Shown: positions 17,116-25,016 of the stretch, piece after piece | Layout of the letters: the number at the start of each line of letters is the position of its first letter | Position numbering within the stretch: position 1 is the stretch's first letter | NCBI GenBank assembly: GCA_016935525.1 | Contig: JAFGQU010000013.1 | Location: 90,523-154,522, forward strand | Direction of reading: 5' to 3' | Origin: Candidatus Omnitrophota bacterium | GTDB taxonomy: Bacteria; Omnitrophota; Gorgyraeia; Duberdicusellales; 4484-171 | Length of the DNA: 64,000 bases | The notes under the pieces: model-generated | Told to the model about the DNA's origin: nothing | Seen by the model: the letters and a program-made list of their open reading frames with translations, nothing else | Databases searched by the model: none | Translations under genes and position numbers: made by a program

Positions 17116-17261
17116 ACATTTGAGTGTAAGGAAAATTTTCCTCATCATTTTTCCCTGCCCGGGATCGATTTCCGAAGAATAGTCTAAGAGAGATGCCTAA
17201 AGAAAAGAGCAAGGGCTTTTTCTTAACGGTGAGGGTCTATATCCATCAGGAGAGGTGGAAG

Positions 17262-18413
17262 ATGAGAAAAGTAGTATTTGGAGTTCTATTTATTTTATTG
17301 TGTTTGGGCATTAATATTGATGTTTTCGCGTTACCCTCATTTAAGATCACCCAGCTTACGGATAATGCAGGATATTTTGATCATGGCCCCTGGATATCGG
17401 GTGATGATGTGGTATGGAAGAGAAGACAAGGAGAAGAGGGGAGTTATCTCTATGAATTATTTTTTTATGACGGTAGCTCTATAATACAATTGGCAGATGT
17501 TTCTACTCATGATTTTGATGCAAGAACTCTAGAAGGTAAGGTCGTCTGGCGAGATTGGGATAGTACCATGCATGATACTGAAATATTTCTTTATGATGGG
17601 ATTATGACTACTCAGATCACCGATAATTCAAATTTTGATATAGATGTTGATATTTCTGGAGACAAAATAGTATGGGAAGGTATTGTTGCTGGGGAGTCGG
17701 AAATATTTTACTATGATGGCTTAACTATTTCACGATTAACAACTAATAGCGTTGACGATGAGTTTCCGAGAATATCCGGAGATACTATTGTATGGTCTCA
17801 TTATGACGGGAATGATTATGAAGTCATTTTTCGTGAAGGTGCCTCTCAGGTTCAACTAACGAATAACAACTACGATGATGAATACGCAGAAATATCCGGG
17901 GACAATATTGTCTGGCATGGCGATGATGGGAATGATCTTGAGATATTTTTATATGATGGGGCAATTACTACGCAACTGACTGATAACGATTATCTTGATT
18001 ATTGGCCGAAAATAGACGGCAATAATGTGGTCTGGCATGGATTTGACGGAAATGATAACGAAATCTTTTATTATGACGGTTCTATTCTTCAGCAGTTGAC
18101 TGACAACGATTATGATGATTGGTATCCTCAGGTTTTTGGAAACAATATCGTCTGGTACGGGTTTGACGGAAATGATAATGAGATCTTTTTTTACGACGGT
18201 ACCGGTATAGTCCAGGTTACCGATAATATCTATGATGACCGGAGTGCCCGCTTATCAGGTATGAATCTTGTATGGTCGGGCTATGATGGAAACGATTATG
18301 AGATATTCCTGGCCAGTCCGGTCCCGGAACCGGCATCGGTTCTGTTATTAGGAGTAGGGTTCATTGGTTTAGGTGCTCATCGCTATCTACGCCGTTTCTT
18401 CAGGATAGATTAA
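17262..18413 (+). CDS. PEP-CTERM-sorted surface protein with ~8 acidic ~38-aa beta-propeller repeats
   Basis: Signal peptide MRKVVFGVLFILLCLG; repeats QLTDNxxxDxxPxIxGxxVVWxGxDGNDxEIFxYDG; C-terminal VPEPASVLLLGVGFIGLG...RR; RBS GGAGAGG. Confidence 0.9.
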   Translation: MRKVVFGVLFILLCLGINIDVFALPSFKITQLTDNAGYFDHGPWISGDDVVWKRRQGEEGSYLYELFFYDGSSIIQLADVSTHDFDARTLEGKVVWRDWDSTMHDTEIFLYDGIMTTQITDNSNFDIDVDISGDKIVWEGIVAGESEIFYYDGLTISRLTTNSVDDEFPRISGDTIVWSHYDGNDYEVIFREGASQVQLTNNNYDDEYAEISGDNIVWHGDDGNDLEIFLYDGAITTQLTDNDYLDYWPKIDGNNVVWHGFDGNDNEIFYYDGSILQQLTDNDYDDWYPQVFGNNIVWYGFDGNDNEIFFYDGTGIVQVTDNIYDDRSARLSGMNLVWSGYDGNDYEIFLASPVPEPASVLLLGVGFIGLGAHRYLRRFFRID

Positions 18414-18422
18414 TAGCAGTTA

Positions 18423-18613
18423 CCCCGTTCACGCGTTGCTTCACCGGAGGTGAAGCTTCCCGTTCACCCGTTCTTTTTAACGGGCATAACGGGGGGAACG
18501 GGCTAACGGGTTAACCGGACTATTCTTACCGCTATTTTATGTGTGACCTTGTGACTTTGTGACCTTCATATCTGCGATCATCTGGGGTTTTTCCTTCTGT
18601 GATCATCTGCGTG
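18423..18613. repeat. Composite junction: inverted CCCGTTCA/AACGGG 8-mer pair with insert, GTGAC right arm, GATCATCTG right arm
   Basis: CCCGTTCA units 18424-18473, AACGGG units 18478-18518, GTGTGACCTTGTGACTTTGTGACC 18541-18564, GATCATCTG at 18576 and 18601. Confidence 0.85.
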
Positions 18614-18619
18614 AAAGTA

Positions 18620-18647
18620 TTGACAAGCCGGGGATATGTCCTATAAT
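18620..18647 (+). promoter_or_regulatory. Consensus sigma70 promoter of the glycan locus
   Basis: TTGACA-N16-TATAAT, 8 nt before the MarR ATG. Confidence 0.8.
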
Positions 18648-18655
18648 ATTGTTCA

Positions 18656-19069
18656 ATGTTTGAACAATCTCCGGATAAAAAGAACAATGGTGCTGCCGAA
18701 TTAGAACGGGAAGAGATACTCAATCTCCTCTCCGAACTCCATAAAACCCCGGACATCACCCAACGGGAGATGTCTTTGCGGCTGGATGTCTCCTTGGGGA
18801 AAGTCAATTATCTTCTTAACGCCCTTATTAAAAGGGGACTTTTAAGTATCAAAAATTTCTCGAAAAACGAAGGTAAAGTAAAACTCAAACGGGTCAAATA
18901 TAACCTTACGAAAAAAGGGTTTCAGGAGAAACTCAAACTTACCTACCACTTTCTCAAGAAAAAAGAAAAAGAATTCAACCGGTTATGTGAAGAATGGGAA
19001 GACCTGAAAAATCTTTCCGAAACCCTGCAGAAAGCCGGGATCGAGTTGGAAGGGGGGAGCAAACGATGA
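18656..19069 (+). CDS. MarR-family EPS-associated transcriptional regulator
   Basis: [30 protein letters not shown]...[22 protein letters not shown]. Confidence 0.9.
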   Translation: MFEQSPDKKNNGAAELEREEILNLLSELHKTPDITQREMSLRLDVSLGKVNYLLNALIKRGLLSIKNFSKNEGKVKLKRVKYNLTKKGFQEKLKLTYHFLKKKEKEFNRLCEEWEDLKNLSETLQKAGIELEGGSKR

Positions 19070-20958
19070 ACGATGACCTTATGATCTCCGCGCACGGCGG
19101 ACGTGGGCTGATCAACCGGACGATCCCGGAGATAGAACGGGACCATTTTATCGAAAAAGTCTTAAAGCATAAAGTCTATACGATACGTAACGCGGATCTC
19201 GCGACATTTTACCGTATTGCCGACGGAACGCTTTCTCCGTTAGAAGGGCCGATGGGTAAAGATGAATTTTACCGGGTATTAGAAGATGAGATTATCGAAC
19301 GGGATGGAAAAAAATATGCCTGGACGATTCCGCTTGCTTTTCCTGTCGGTAAAAAGGAAAGTAAACAATTTGAGGTGGGTGAGACGATCGCGATAAAAAA
19401 CGAACACGGCCAGATCGTAGGAGCTTTAGAGGTCTCCGATATCTATCCGTTCGATAAGAAACTTTATAATAAATCGGTCTATGGAACCGAACGGACCGGT
19501 CATCCCGGGCCGCGTATCGTCAATGATGACGCCAGAGATCATCTTTTAGGCGGGAAGATCTGGGCGATCAAAGAGCCTCTTCATCCGGTATATGGGAAAT
19601 ATATGCTTTCGCCGGAAGAAACGCGAGCATTATTTACCGAACGTGCATGGGGCAAGGTCGTCGCGTTTCAGACCAGGAATCCCCTGCATCGCGCTCATGA
19701 ATATACTATGGTCTATGCGGCCGAGACCTTGACCAAAGAAGGATTTTTTACCGGAGTCGTCCTTAACCCGCTGGTCGGTACGACTAAAAGTGACGATGTT
19801 CCGGCAGAAATAAGGATGAGGACGTATGAATCATTACTTAAACATAGATTGATCGGCTATGGAGATAAGAACGAAAAATTCTGGGAAGAGAAAGGATATG
19901 ACCTGTGTGATCAGCTCGTATTGGTCGGATTAGACATAAAAATGTTTTATGCCGGCCCGAAAGAGGCGGTTATGCACGCGATCTACCGGCAAAACCTGGG
20001 ATTTACCCACCTCATTATCGGCCGGCGTCATGCCGACGCTCCGTTTGATGACGGTAAACAGGTATGGGGCGATTTTGACGCGCAGGAGAAATTCGAACAG
20101 TTAAACGGTGAGTTGCTTATCCGGCCTTTAAAGGTAGGGTTTGCCGCTTATTATGAGGAACTGGGCCGGGTAGGGTTGATGGATGAGTATAAAGAGAAAG
20201 GGTACCACACGATAAGTATCAGCGGAAAAGAATTAAGAAAAAAACTGAATTCCGGGGACGATATCGATGAACGGATCATGCGTAAACCGGTTGCCGATAT
20301 TTTACGTGAATTCTACGCTGACCGTCAAAAAGAAGAGACCAAAACTAAAAGTACGAATATTACCTGGCATGATGTAAAAGTCACCAAAAAAGAACGGGAA
20401 TTACGTAATAAACATCGCGGCGCGGTCATCTGGATGACCGGGCTTTCGGCGTGCGGGAAATCGACGATCGCGGTCAAACTTCAGTCGCAACTGTTTACCC
20501 GGGGTGTAAACGTCTATGTGCTTGACGGTGATAATGTCCGGCACGGGTTGAACAAAAACCTGGGTTTCTCGCCCGAGGACCGTACCGAAAATATACGCCG
20601 GATCGCGGAAGTCGCGAAACTCTTTGCCGATGCCGGGTTTTTGGTGATTACCTCCTTTATCTCTCCTTACCGGCGTGACCGGGACGCGGCAAGAGCATTA
20701 TTAGGAGATGGAGACTTTATCGAGGTGTTTGTGAACACCTCGTTAGAAGAATGTGAAAAAAGAGACCCTAAAGGCCTTTATAAAAAAGCGCGGAAGGGTG
20801 AGGTGAAAGAATTTACCGGGATATCCGCGCCGTATGAAGAACCGGAAAATCCGGAAGTGATCATTAAGACCGAGAACGAGACCAAAGAAGAAAGCGCTCA
20901 GTTTTTGGTCAATTGGTTAGAAGAAAAAGGCTATATACCACGCAGCGTAGTCGTATAA
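19066..20958 (+). CDS. sat: Bifunctional sulfate adenylyltransferase / adenylyl-sulfate kinase
   Basis: [31 protein letters not shown]; C-terminal [43 protein letters not shown]. Confidence 0.93.
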   Translation: MNDDLMISAHGGRGLINRTIPEIERDHFIEKVLKHKVYTIRNADLATFYRIADGTLSPLEGPMGKDEFYRVLEDEIIERDGKKYAWTIPLAFPVGKKESKQFEVGETIAIKNEHGQIVGALEVSDIYPFDKKLYNKSVYGTERTGHPGPRIVNDDARDHLLGGKIWAIKEPLHPVYGKYMLSPEETRALFTERAWGKVVAFQTRNPLHRAHEYTMVYAAETLTKEGFFTGVVLNPLVGTTKSDDVPAEIRMRTYESLLKHRLIGYGDKNEKFWEEKGYDLCDQLVLVGLDIKMFYAGPKEAVMHAIYRQNLGFTHLIIGRRHADAPFDDGKQVWGDFDAQEKFEQLNGELLIRPLKVGFAAYYEELGRVGLMDEYKEKGYHTISISGKELRKKLNSGDDIDERIMRKPVADILREFYADRQKEETKTKSTNITWHDVKVTKKERELRNKHRGAVIWMTGLSACGKSTIAVKLQSQLFTRGVNVYVLDGDNVRHGLNKNLGFSPEDRTENIRRIAEVAKLFADAGFLVITSFISPYRRDRDAARALLGDGDFIEVFVNTSLEECEKRDPKGLYKKARKGEVKEFTGISAPYEEPENPEVIIKTENETKEESAQFLVNWLEEKGYIPRSVVV

Positions 20959-20977
20959 TCGTGAAGGAATGGCCGTA

Positions 20978-21083
20978 AAATAGATGGAAATACAGTCGCA
21001 ATACGATAGAAATGCATGGAAATACAATTGTATTTCAACGTATTTCGCGAAATGGAATTGAGCATATTTCTATGTATTTCAAA
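20978..21083. repeat. Inverted ~10-mer GGAAATAC/GTATTTC arrays
   Basis: AAATAGATGGAAATACAG...GAAATGCATGGAAATAAC-type left units; central perfect palindrome GAAATACAATTGTATTTC 21019-21036; four TATTTC right units. Confidence 0.8.
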
Positions 21084-21098
21084 TCATAGGAGAGATAT

Positions 21099-21821
21099 GT
21101 GTTTCGGGAGACAAAACGCCGGTCAGCTTTAAAAACTATTTCCTGGCGCGTAGTCGCGACACTCACGACTACGTTGTTAGTGTTTATTTTTACCGGGAAA
21201 CTTTCTATCGCGATCACGGTAGGAAGTATTGAAGTCATCGCGAAACTGATATTTTATTTTTTCCATGAACGGATGTGGGATAAGATCAATTTCGGCCGCA
21301 GAGAATTAAATCCTTTCGTGATATGGCTTACGGGACTGCCGGCTTCCGGTAAAACTACGATCGGTGACGCGTTAGCCGGTGAATTAAAGAAAATGAACAT
21401 AAAAACCGAACGGCTCGATGCCCATCAGGTAAGAGATATTTTCCCGGAAGAAGGATTCTCCCGTGAAGAACGTAACCGGCATATCAAACGGGTAGGGCAC
21501 CTGGCGAGTGTGCTTGAGAAAAACAACGTGTGTGTGATCGCTTCGTTCATTTCGCCTTATACCGAAAGCCGTGATTTTGTGAGAGGGTTATGCAGGAACT
21601 TTGTCGAAGTGTATATATCGGTTTCGCTTGAAACCTGTCAAAAACGGGATTCCCGCGGGCTTTATGAAAAAGCAAGACGAGGCGAGATACAGAATTTTAC
21701 CGGGATTTCGGATACGTACGAAGAACCGGTGAATCCTGAGATCATAATTGATACCGACCATGAAACGATAGAGGAGAGTGTGAGAAAGATATCCTCTTTT
21801 GTAAAGAAGAAATATTTGTGA
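21099..21821 (+). CDS. cysC: Adenylyl-sulfate kinase with N-terminal DUF2061-like membrane domain
   Basis: RRSALKTISWRVVAT...YFFHERMW (DUF2061-like) then IWLTGLPASGKTT, RDSRGLYEKAR, FTGISDTYE. Confidence 0.88.
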   Translation: MFRETKRRSALKTISWRVVATLTTTLLVFIFTGKLSIAITVGSIEVIAKLIFYFFHERMWDKINFGRRELNPFVIWLTGLPASGKTTIGDALAGELKKMNIKTERLDAHQVRDIFPEEGFSREERNRHIKRVGHLASVLEKNNVCVIASFISPYTESRDFVRGLCRNFVEVYISVSLETCQKRDSRGLYEKARRGEIQNFTGISDTYEEPVNPEIIIDTDHETIEESVRKISSFVKKKYL

Positions 21822-21824
21822 AAA

Positions 21825-21905
21825 GATTACAGTGATTTTAAATCTGTGATCATCTGTGGTTATCATCAGCGATCATCAGTGCATGCCCGAAGGGCAACGT
21901 GTGAC
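21825..21905. repeat. Composite junction: GATT left arm, GATCATCTG right arm, GCCCGAAGGGC mini-hairpin, ACGTGTGAC unit
   Basis: GATTACAGTGATT 21825-21837 is the exact reverse complement of 16908-16920; ATCTGTGATCATCTGTG..ATCAGCGATCATCAGTG. Confidence 0.8.
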
Positions 21906-21911
21906 GAAGAT

Positions 21912-22769
21912 ATGAGAAATACATTAGGAAAAATATCGTTGGTAGATATTTTACGTATTGCCGAAAGGGCCGGACAAGAGATATTGACGGTCTATGGTTC
22001 CGCGTTTGAAGTAGAAAAAAAAGAAGATACATCGCCGTTGACGTTAGCCGATAAAAGATCGCATGCGTTGATCGTGAAGGAATTAGAAATGCGTTACCCG
22101 GACATTCCTATCCTTTCGGAAGAAGGCAAAGGAATCCCCTATGAGCAGAGAAAAAACTGGGAATATTTCTGGCTGGTAGATCCTCTGGACGGGACGAAAG
22201 AGTTCGTAAACCGCAACGGAGAATTTACCGTCAATATCGCTTTGATCCGTAATGCAAAATCTATATTAGGCGTAATCTATGTGCCGGTAAAAGATACGTT
22301 TTATTTTGCAAAAGAAGGCCAAGGAGCCTATAAATTGGAAGGCAGTAAGAAGTTGAAGACTGTCCATGATGAAGAGAGCCTTTTTAATATTTCCCAAAAG
22401 CTACCAACGACGAACGACGAACGACGATATACTATCATCGCCAGCCGTTCTCATCTGTCGGATGAGACAAAAAATTATATCGATAGTTTAAAAGGAACCC
22501 ATAGTGAGATTAGAATCGTATCTATCGGGAGTTCTCAGAAATTCTGTCTTATTGCCGAAGGGACCGCTGATTGTTATCCGCGGTTCGGCCCGACGATGGA
22601 ATGGGATACCGCTGCCGGACAGGTCATTGCCGAAGAAAGCGGCGCGACAATAATGATAGCCGAAGGAGGCGAACCGTTACGTTACAACAAAGAAAACCTT
22701 TTAAATCCCTGGTTCATCGTTCAACAGAAAAGCGTATTGTATTATTCAGAGGATGTGTTGAAAAAATGA
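21912..22769 (+). CDS. cysQ: 3'(2'),5'-bisphosphate nucleotidase CysQ
   Basis: SPLTLAD, ILSEE, WLVDPLDGTKEF, ASRSH, YPRFGPTMEWDTAAG. Confidence 0.95.
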   Translation: MRNTLGKISLVDILRIAERAGQEILTVYGSAFEVEKKEDTSPLTLADKRSHALIVKELEMRYPDIPILSEEGKGIPYEQRKNWEYFWLVDPLDGTKEFVNRNGEFTVNIALIRNAKSILGVIYVPVKDTFYFAKEGQGAYKLEGSKKLKTVHDEESLFNISQKLPTTNDERRYTIIASRSHLSDETKNYIDSLKGTHSEIRIVSIGSSQKFCLIAEGTADCYPRFGPTMEWDTAAGQVIAEESGATIMIAEGGEPLRYNKENLLNPWFIVQQKSVLYYSEDVLKK

Positions 22770-22780
22770 ATAGGCTTCAA

Positions 22781-23018
22781 CCACGGAGAACACAGAGGGT
22801 GCTGAGGTAAGATGAGAAGAGTTACTTTAAAAGTTTTAAATCTATTTGGTTTCGCGCTTTCAAGAACCATGAAAGCGCCGTCCTTCGTGAAAACCGCCGA
22901 AGCCGAAAAATCATATTTTTCGGTTCGATTCGGTTTTCATGAAGATGCCCCATCGAGTAACGATGGAGGAAACCAAATATTCTCGTATCCTCTCTGTGGA
23001 ACTCTGTGAGCTCTGTGT
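22781..23018. repeat. Inverted 9-mer CACAGAG/CTCTGTG arms enclosing a four-way-junction element
   Basis: CCACGGAGAACACAGAGGGTGCTGAGG ... CCTCTCTGTGGAACTCTGTGAGCTCTGTG. Confidence 0.85.
22843..22979 (+). other. Highly structured 137-nt element (candidate ncRNA or MITE)
   Basis: 11-bp closing stem plus three hairpins of 9 bp, ~27 bp and 6 bp read directly from the sequence. Confidence 0.65.
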
Positions 23019-23092
23019 TTAAATTTTTTTTGGGTAAACAGATTTTTGCATTATGCAAGGATGTCAGGAATTGTAAAATAGTATAGTGAATG

Positions 23093-23154
23093 AATCGCCG
23101 TAATCATTTTTTAATCGTTGAAATCAGGCGCTGGTGTTATTATTCAACAGCGCC
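23093..23154. repeat. AATC 9-mer right arm followed by a GGCGCTG..CAGCGCC hairpin
   Basis: AATCGCCGTAATC..AATCGTTGAAATC 23093-23125; hairpin 23127-23154 just before the gmd RBS. Confidence 0.75.
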
Positions 23155-23167
23155 ATAGGAGGGCAAC

Positions 23168-24193
23168 GTGAAAAAAGCGTTGATCACCGGTATTACCGGC
23201 CAGGACGGAAGTTATTTAGCCGAATTATTGCTTGAAAAAGGATATGAAGTGTATGGATTGGTACGCCGGGTCGCTTTTGAAGACCAGGCTCATCGCATGA
23301 CCAGGATCCTGCATATTAAAGATAACCTTGATCTTGTCGCCGGTTCAGTAGAAAGTTTTCCCAGTATTTATAAAATAGTTCAGCAAGTCAGGCCTGATGA
23401 AGTATACCATCTGGCCGCGCAGAGTTTTGTCTCTTACAGTTTCGATGATGAATTCTCTACCTTACAGACCAATATCAACGGTACTCACCATATCCTTTCG
23501 GCGTGTAAAGACCTTAATACTCCGGTACGGGTCTATTTCGCCGGTTCAAGCGAGATGTTCGGCCAGGTAAGAGAAGTCCCGCAGAAAGAGACAACCCCGT
23601 TTCATCCCCGTTCCCCTTATGGGGTTTCTAAAGTGACCGGATTCGAACTTACTAGAAATTACCGGGAAGCGTACGGTATGTTTACCTGTAACGGGATCCT
23701 GTTTAATCACGAATCGCCTCGGCGGGGTTATGAGTTTGTCACCAGGAAAATTACCTCATCAGTGATCAATATTAAATCCGGTACACAGGATACACTGCTT
23801 CTGGGGAACCTCGATGCCAAACGGGACTGGGGATTTGCCGGTGATTATGTGAAAGCGATGTGGCTTATGCTCCAGCAGGATACCCCGGATGATTATGTGG
23901 TCGCAACCGGTGAGGCCCATACCGTGAGAGAATTTGCCGGGCTCGCTTTTAAATACGCCGGGTTCGATATCACATGGGAAGGGAAAGGGACTGATGAGAA
24001 AGGTATCGATACACATACCGGTAAAGTAGTGGTCGAGGTGGATACACAGTTTTTCCGTCCGGCGGAAGTGAACCTTTTGATCGGCGATTATAGTAAAGCA
24101 AAAAAAATATTAGGATGGAAACCACAGGTGACGTTTGAAGGATTAGTAAAAATGATGGTTGAATCCGATCGGGAGGCATATGGATCATCGTAA
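23168..24193 (+). CDS. gmd: GDP-mannose 4,6-dehydratase
   Basis: KKALITGITGQDGSYLAE, PRSPYGVSK, GILFNHESPRRG, LGNLDAKRDWG. Confidence 0.96.
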   Translation: MKKALITGITGQDGSYLAELLLEKGYEVYGLVRRVAFEDQAHRMTRILHIKDNLDLVAGSVESFPSIYKIVQQVRPDEVYHLAAQSFVSYSFDDEFSTLQTNINGTHHILSACKDLNTPVRVYFAGSSEMFGQVREVPQKETTPFHPRSPYGVSKVTGFELTRNYREAYGMFTCNGILFNHESPRRGYEFVTRKITSSVINIKSGTQDTLLLGNLDAKRDWGFAGDYVKAMWLMLQQDTPDDYVVATGEAHTVREFAGLAFKYAGFDITWEGKGTDEKGIDTHTGKVVVEVDTQFFRPAEVNLLIGDYSKAKKILGWKPQVTFEGLVKMMVESDREAYGSS

Positions 24194-25016
24194 GGTTCTT
24201 ATATTAGGTAAAGGTTTTATCGGGACAAGGATCTGTCAGGAACTACAGTGCGATATCGATGAAGAGATGATATCCCGTTACGAAGATGCCGAAAAACTGG
24301 TCAAAAAACATAATCCTAAAATATTGATCAACTGTATCGGTTTTACCGGCACAAAAAACGTCGATGGGTGCGAAGAGAAAAAAAATCAGACCCTTCTTGC
24401 CAACGTATTCATACCGATCATGCTGGCTGAAGTCGCGTTACGTCACGATATCAAATTCGTCCATATCAGTTCCGGCTGTATCTATCATTATGATTTTGAG
24501 CGTGACGAACCGATTCCAGAGATTAAACCGCCCGATTTTTTCGACCTTTTTTACAGCCGCAGCAAGATGTACTGTGAAGGCTCCTTAGGTATGATAGAAG
24601 AAAAATACCGGATGCTTGCGTTACGATTACGTATTCCGCTCGATGACCGGCCGCATCCGCGGAATCTCTTGACTAAACTGATCTCGTTTGGCCGGGTCAT
24701 CGATATCCCTAATTCGATAAGTTATATTCCCGATTTTATAGAGATGTTACGGCATCTGATCGAAAAAGACGCTTTCGGTATATATAATACGGTAAATAAA
24801 GGGGCTTTGAGGTATCCCGAACTTCTTGACGTATACAAAAAATACCGGCCGGATTTTGATTATTCGGTGATCCCCATAAAAGACCTTAATTTAGTGAGGA
24901 CGAATCTGGTCCTTTCTACGGAGAAATTGGAAAAAAGCGGGTTTCACGTACGCGATATTAATGAGATATTAGAGGAATGTGTCGGTACATATTTAGAAAG
25001 TGAGGTTGCAAAATGA
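24180..25016 (+). CDS. NDP-4-keto-6-deoxyhexose 3,5-epimerase/4-reductase-like SDR (RmlD / NRS-ER-like)
   Basis: ILGKGFIG, NCIGFTG..NVDGCE, SSGCIY, FYSRSK, LRLRIP...PRNLLTKL...IPNS. Confidence 0.8.
   Translation: MDHRKVLILGKGFIGTRICQELQCDIDEEMISRYEDAEKLVKKHNPKILINCIGFTGTKNVDGCEEKKNQTLLANVFIPIMLAEVALRHDIKFVHISSGCIYHYDFERDEPIPEIKPPDFFDLFYSRSKMYCEGSLGMIEEKYRMLALRLRIPLDDRPHPRNLLTKLISFGRVIDIPNSISYIPDFIEMLRHLIEKDAFGIYNTVNKGALRYPELLDVYKKYRPDFDYSVIPIKDLNLVRTNLVLSTEKLEKSGFHVRDINEILEECVGTYLESEVAK

Noticed and set aside
17140-17225. c-di-GMP-I riboswitch in the PEP-CTERM leader
   Set aside because: Only a GTCTAA fragment resembles it; the GCAAA...GAAA...GACGCAAAGC core is absent
17340-18310. Internal repeats of the PEP-CTERM gene as a DGR template/variable repeat
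   Set aside because: Ordinary protein-level propeller repeats diverged at all bases; no reverse transcriptase in the window
20940-20965. CGTAGTCGTATAATCGTG at the sat 3' end as left partner of the cysQ-internal array
   Set aside because: Too short and degenerate to distinguish from chance
22843-22979. Cloverleaf as tRNA or tmRNA
   Set aside because: 137 nt, 11-bp closing stem, no TTCRA T-loop, D-loop or CCA end
22812-23058. ORFs 22812-23009 (+) and 22822-23058 (-) as proteins
   Set aside because: They span palindromic/repeat DNA and show no recognisable motif such as GxxExxY
5235-23154. Repeat arrays as CRISPR
   Set aside because: Units are 7-10 bp, degenerate and contiguous with no unique spacers; no cas genes
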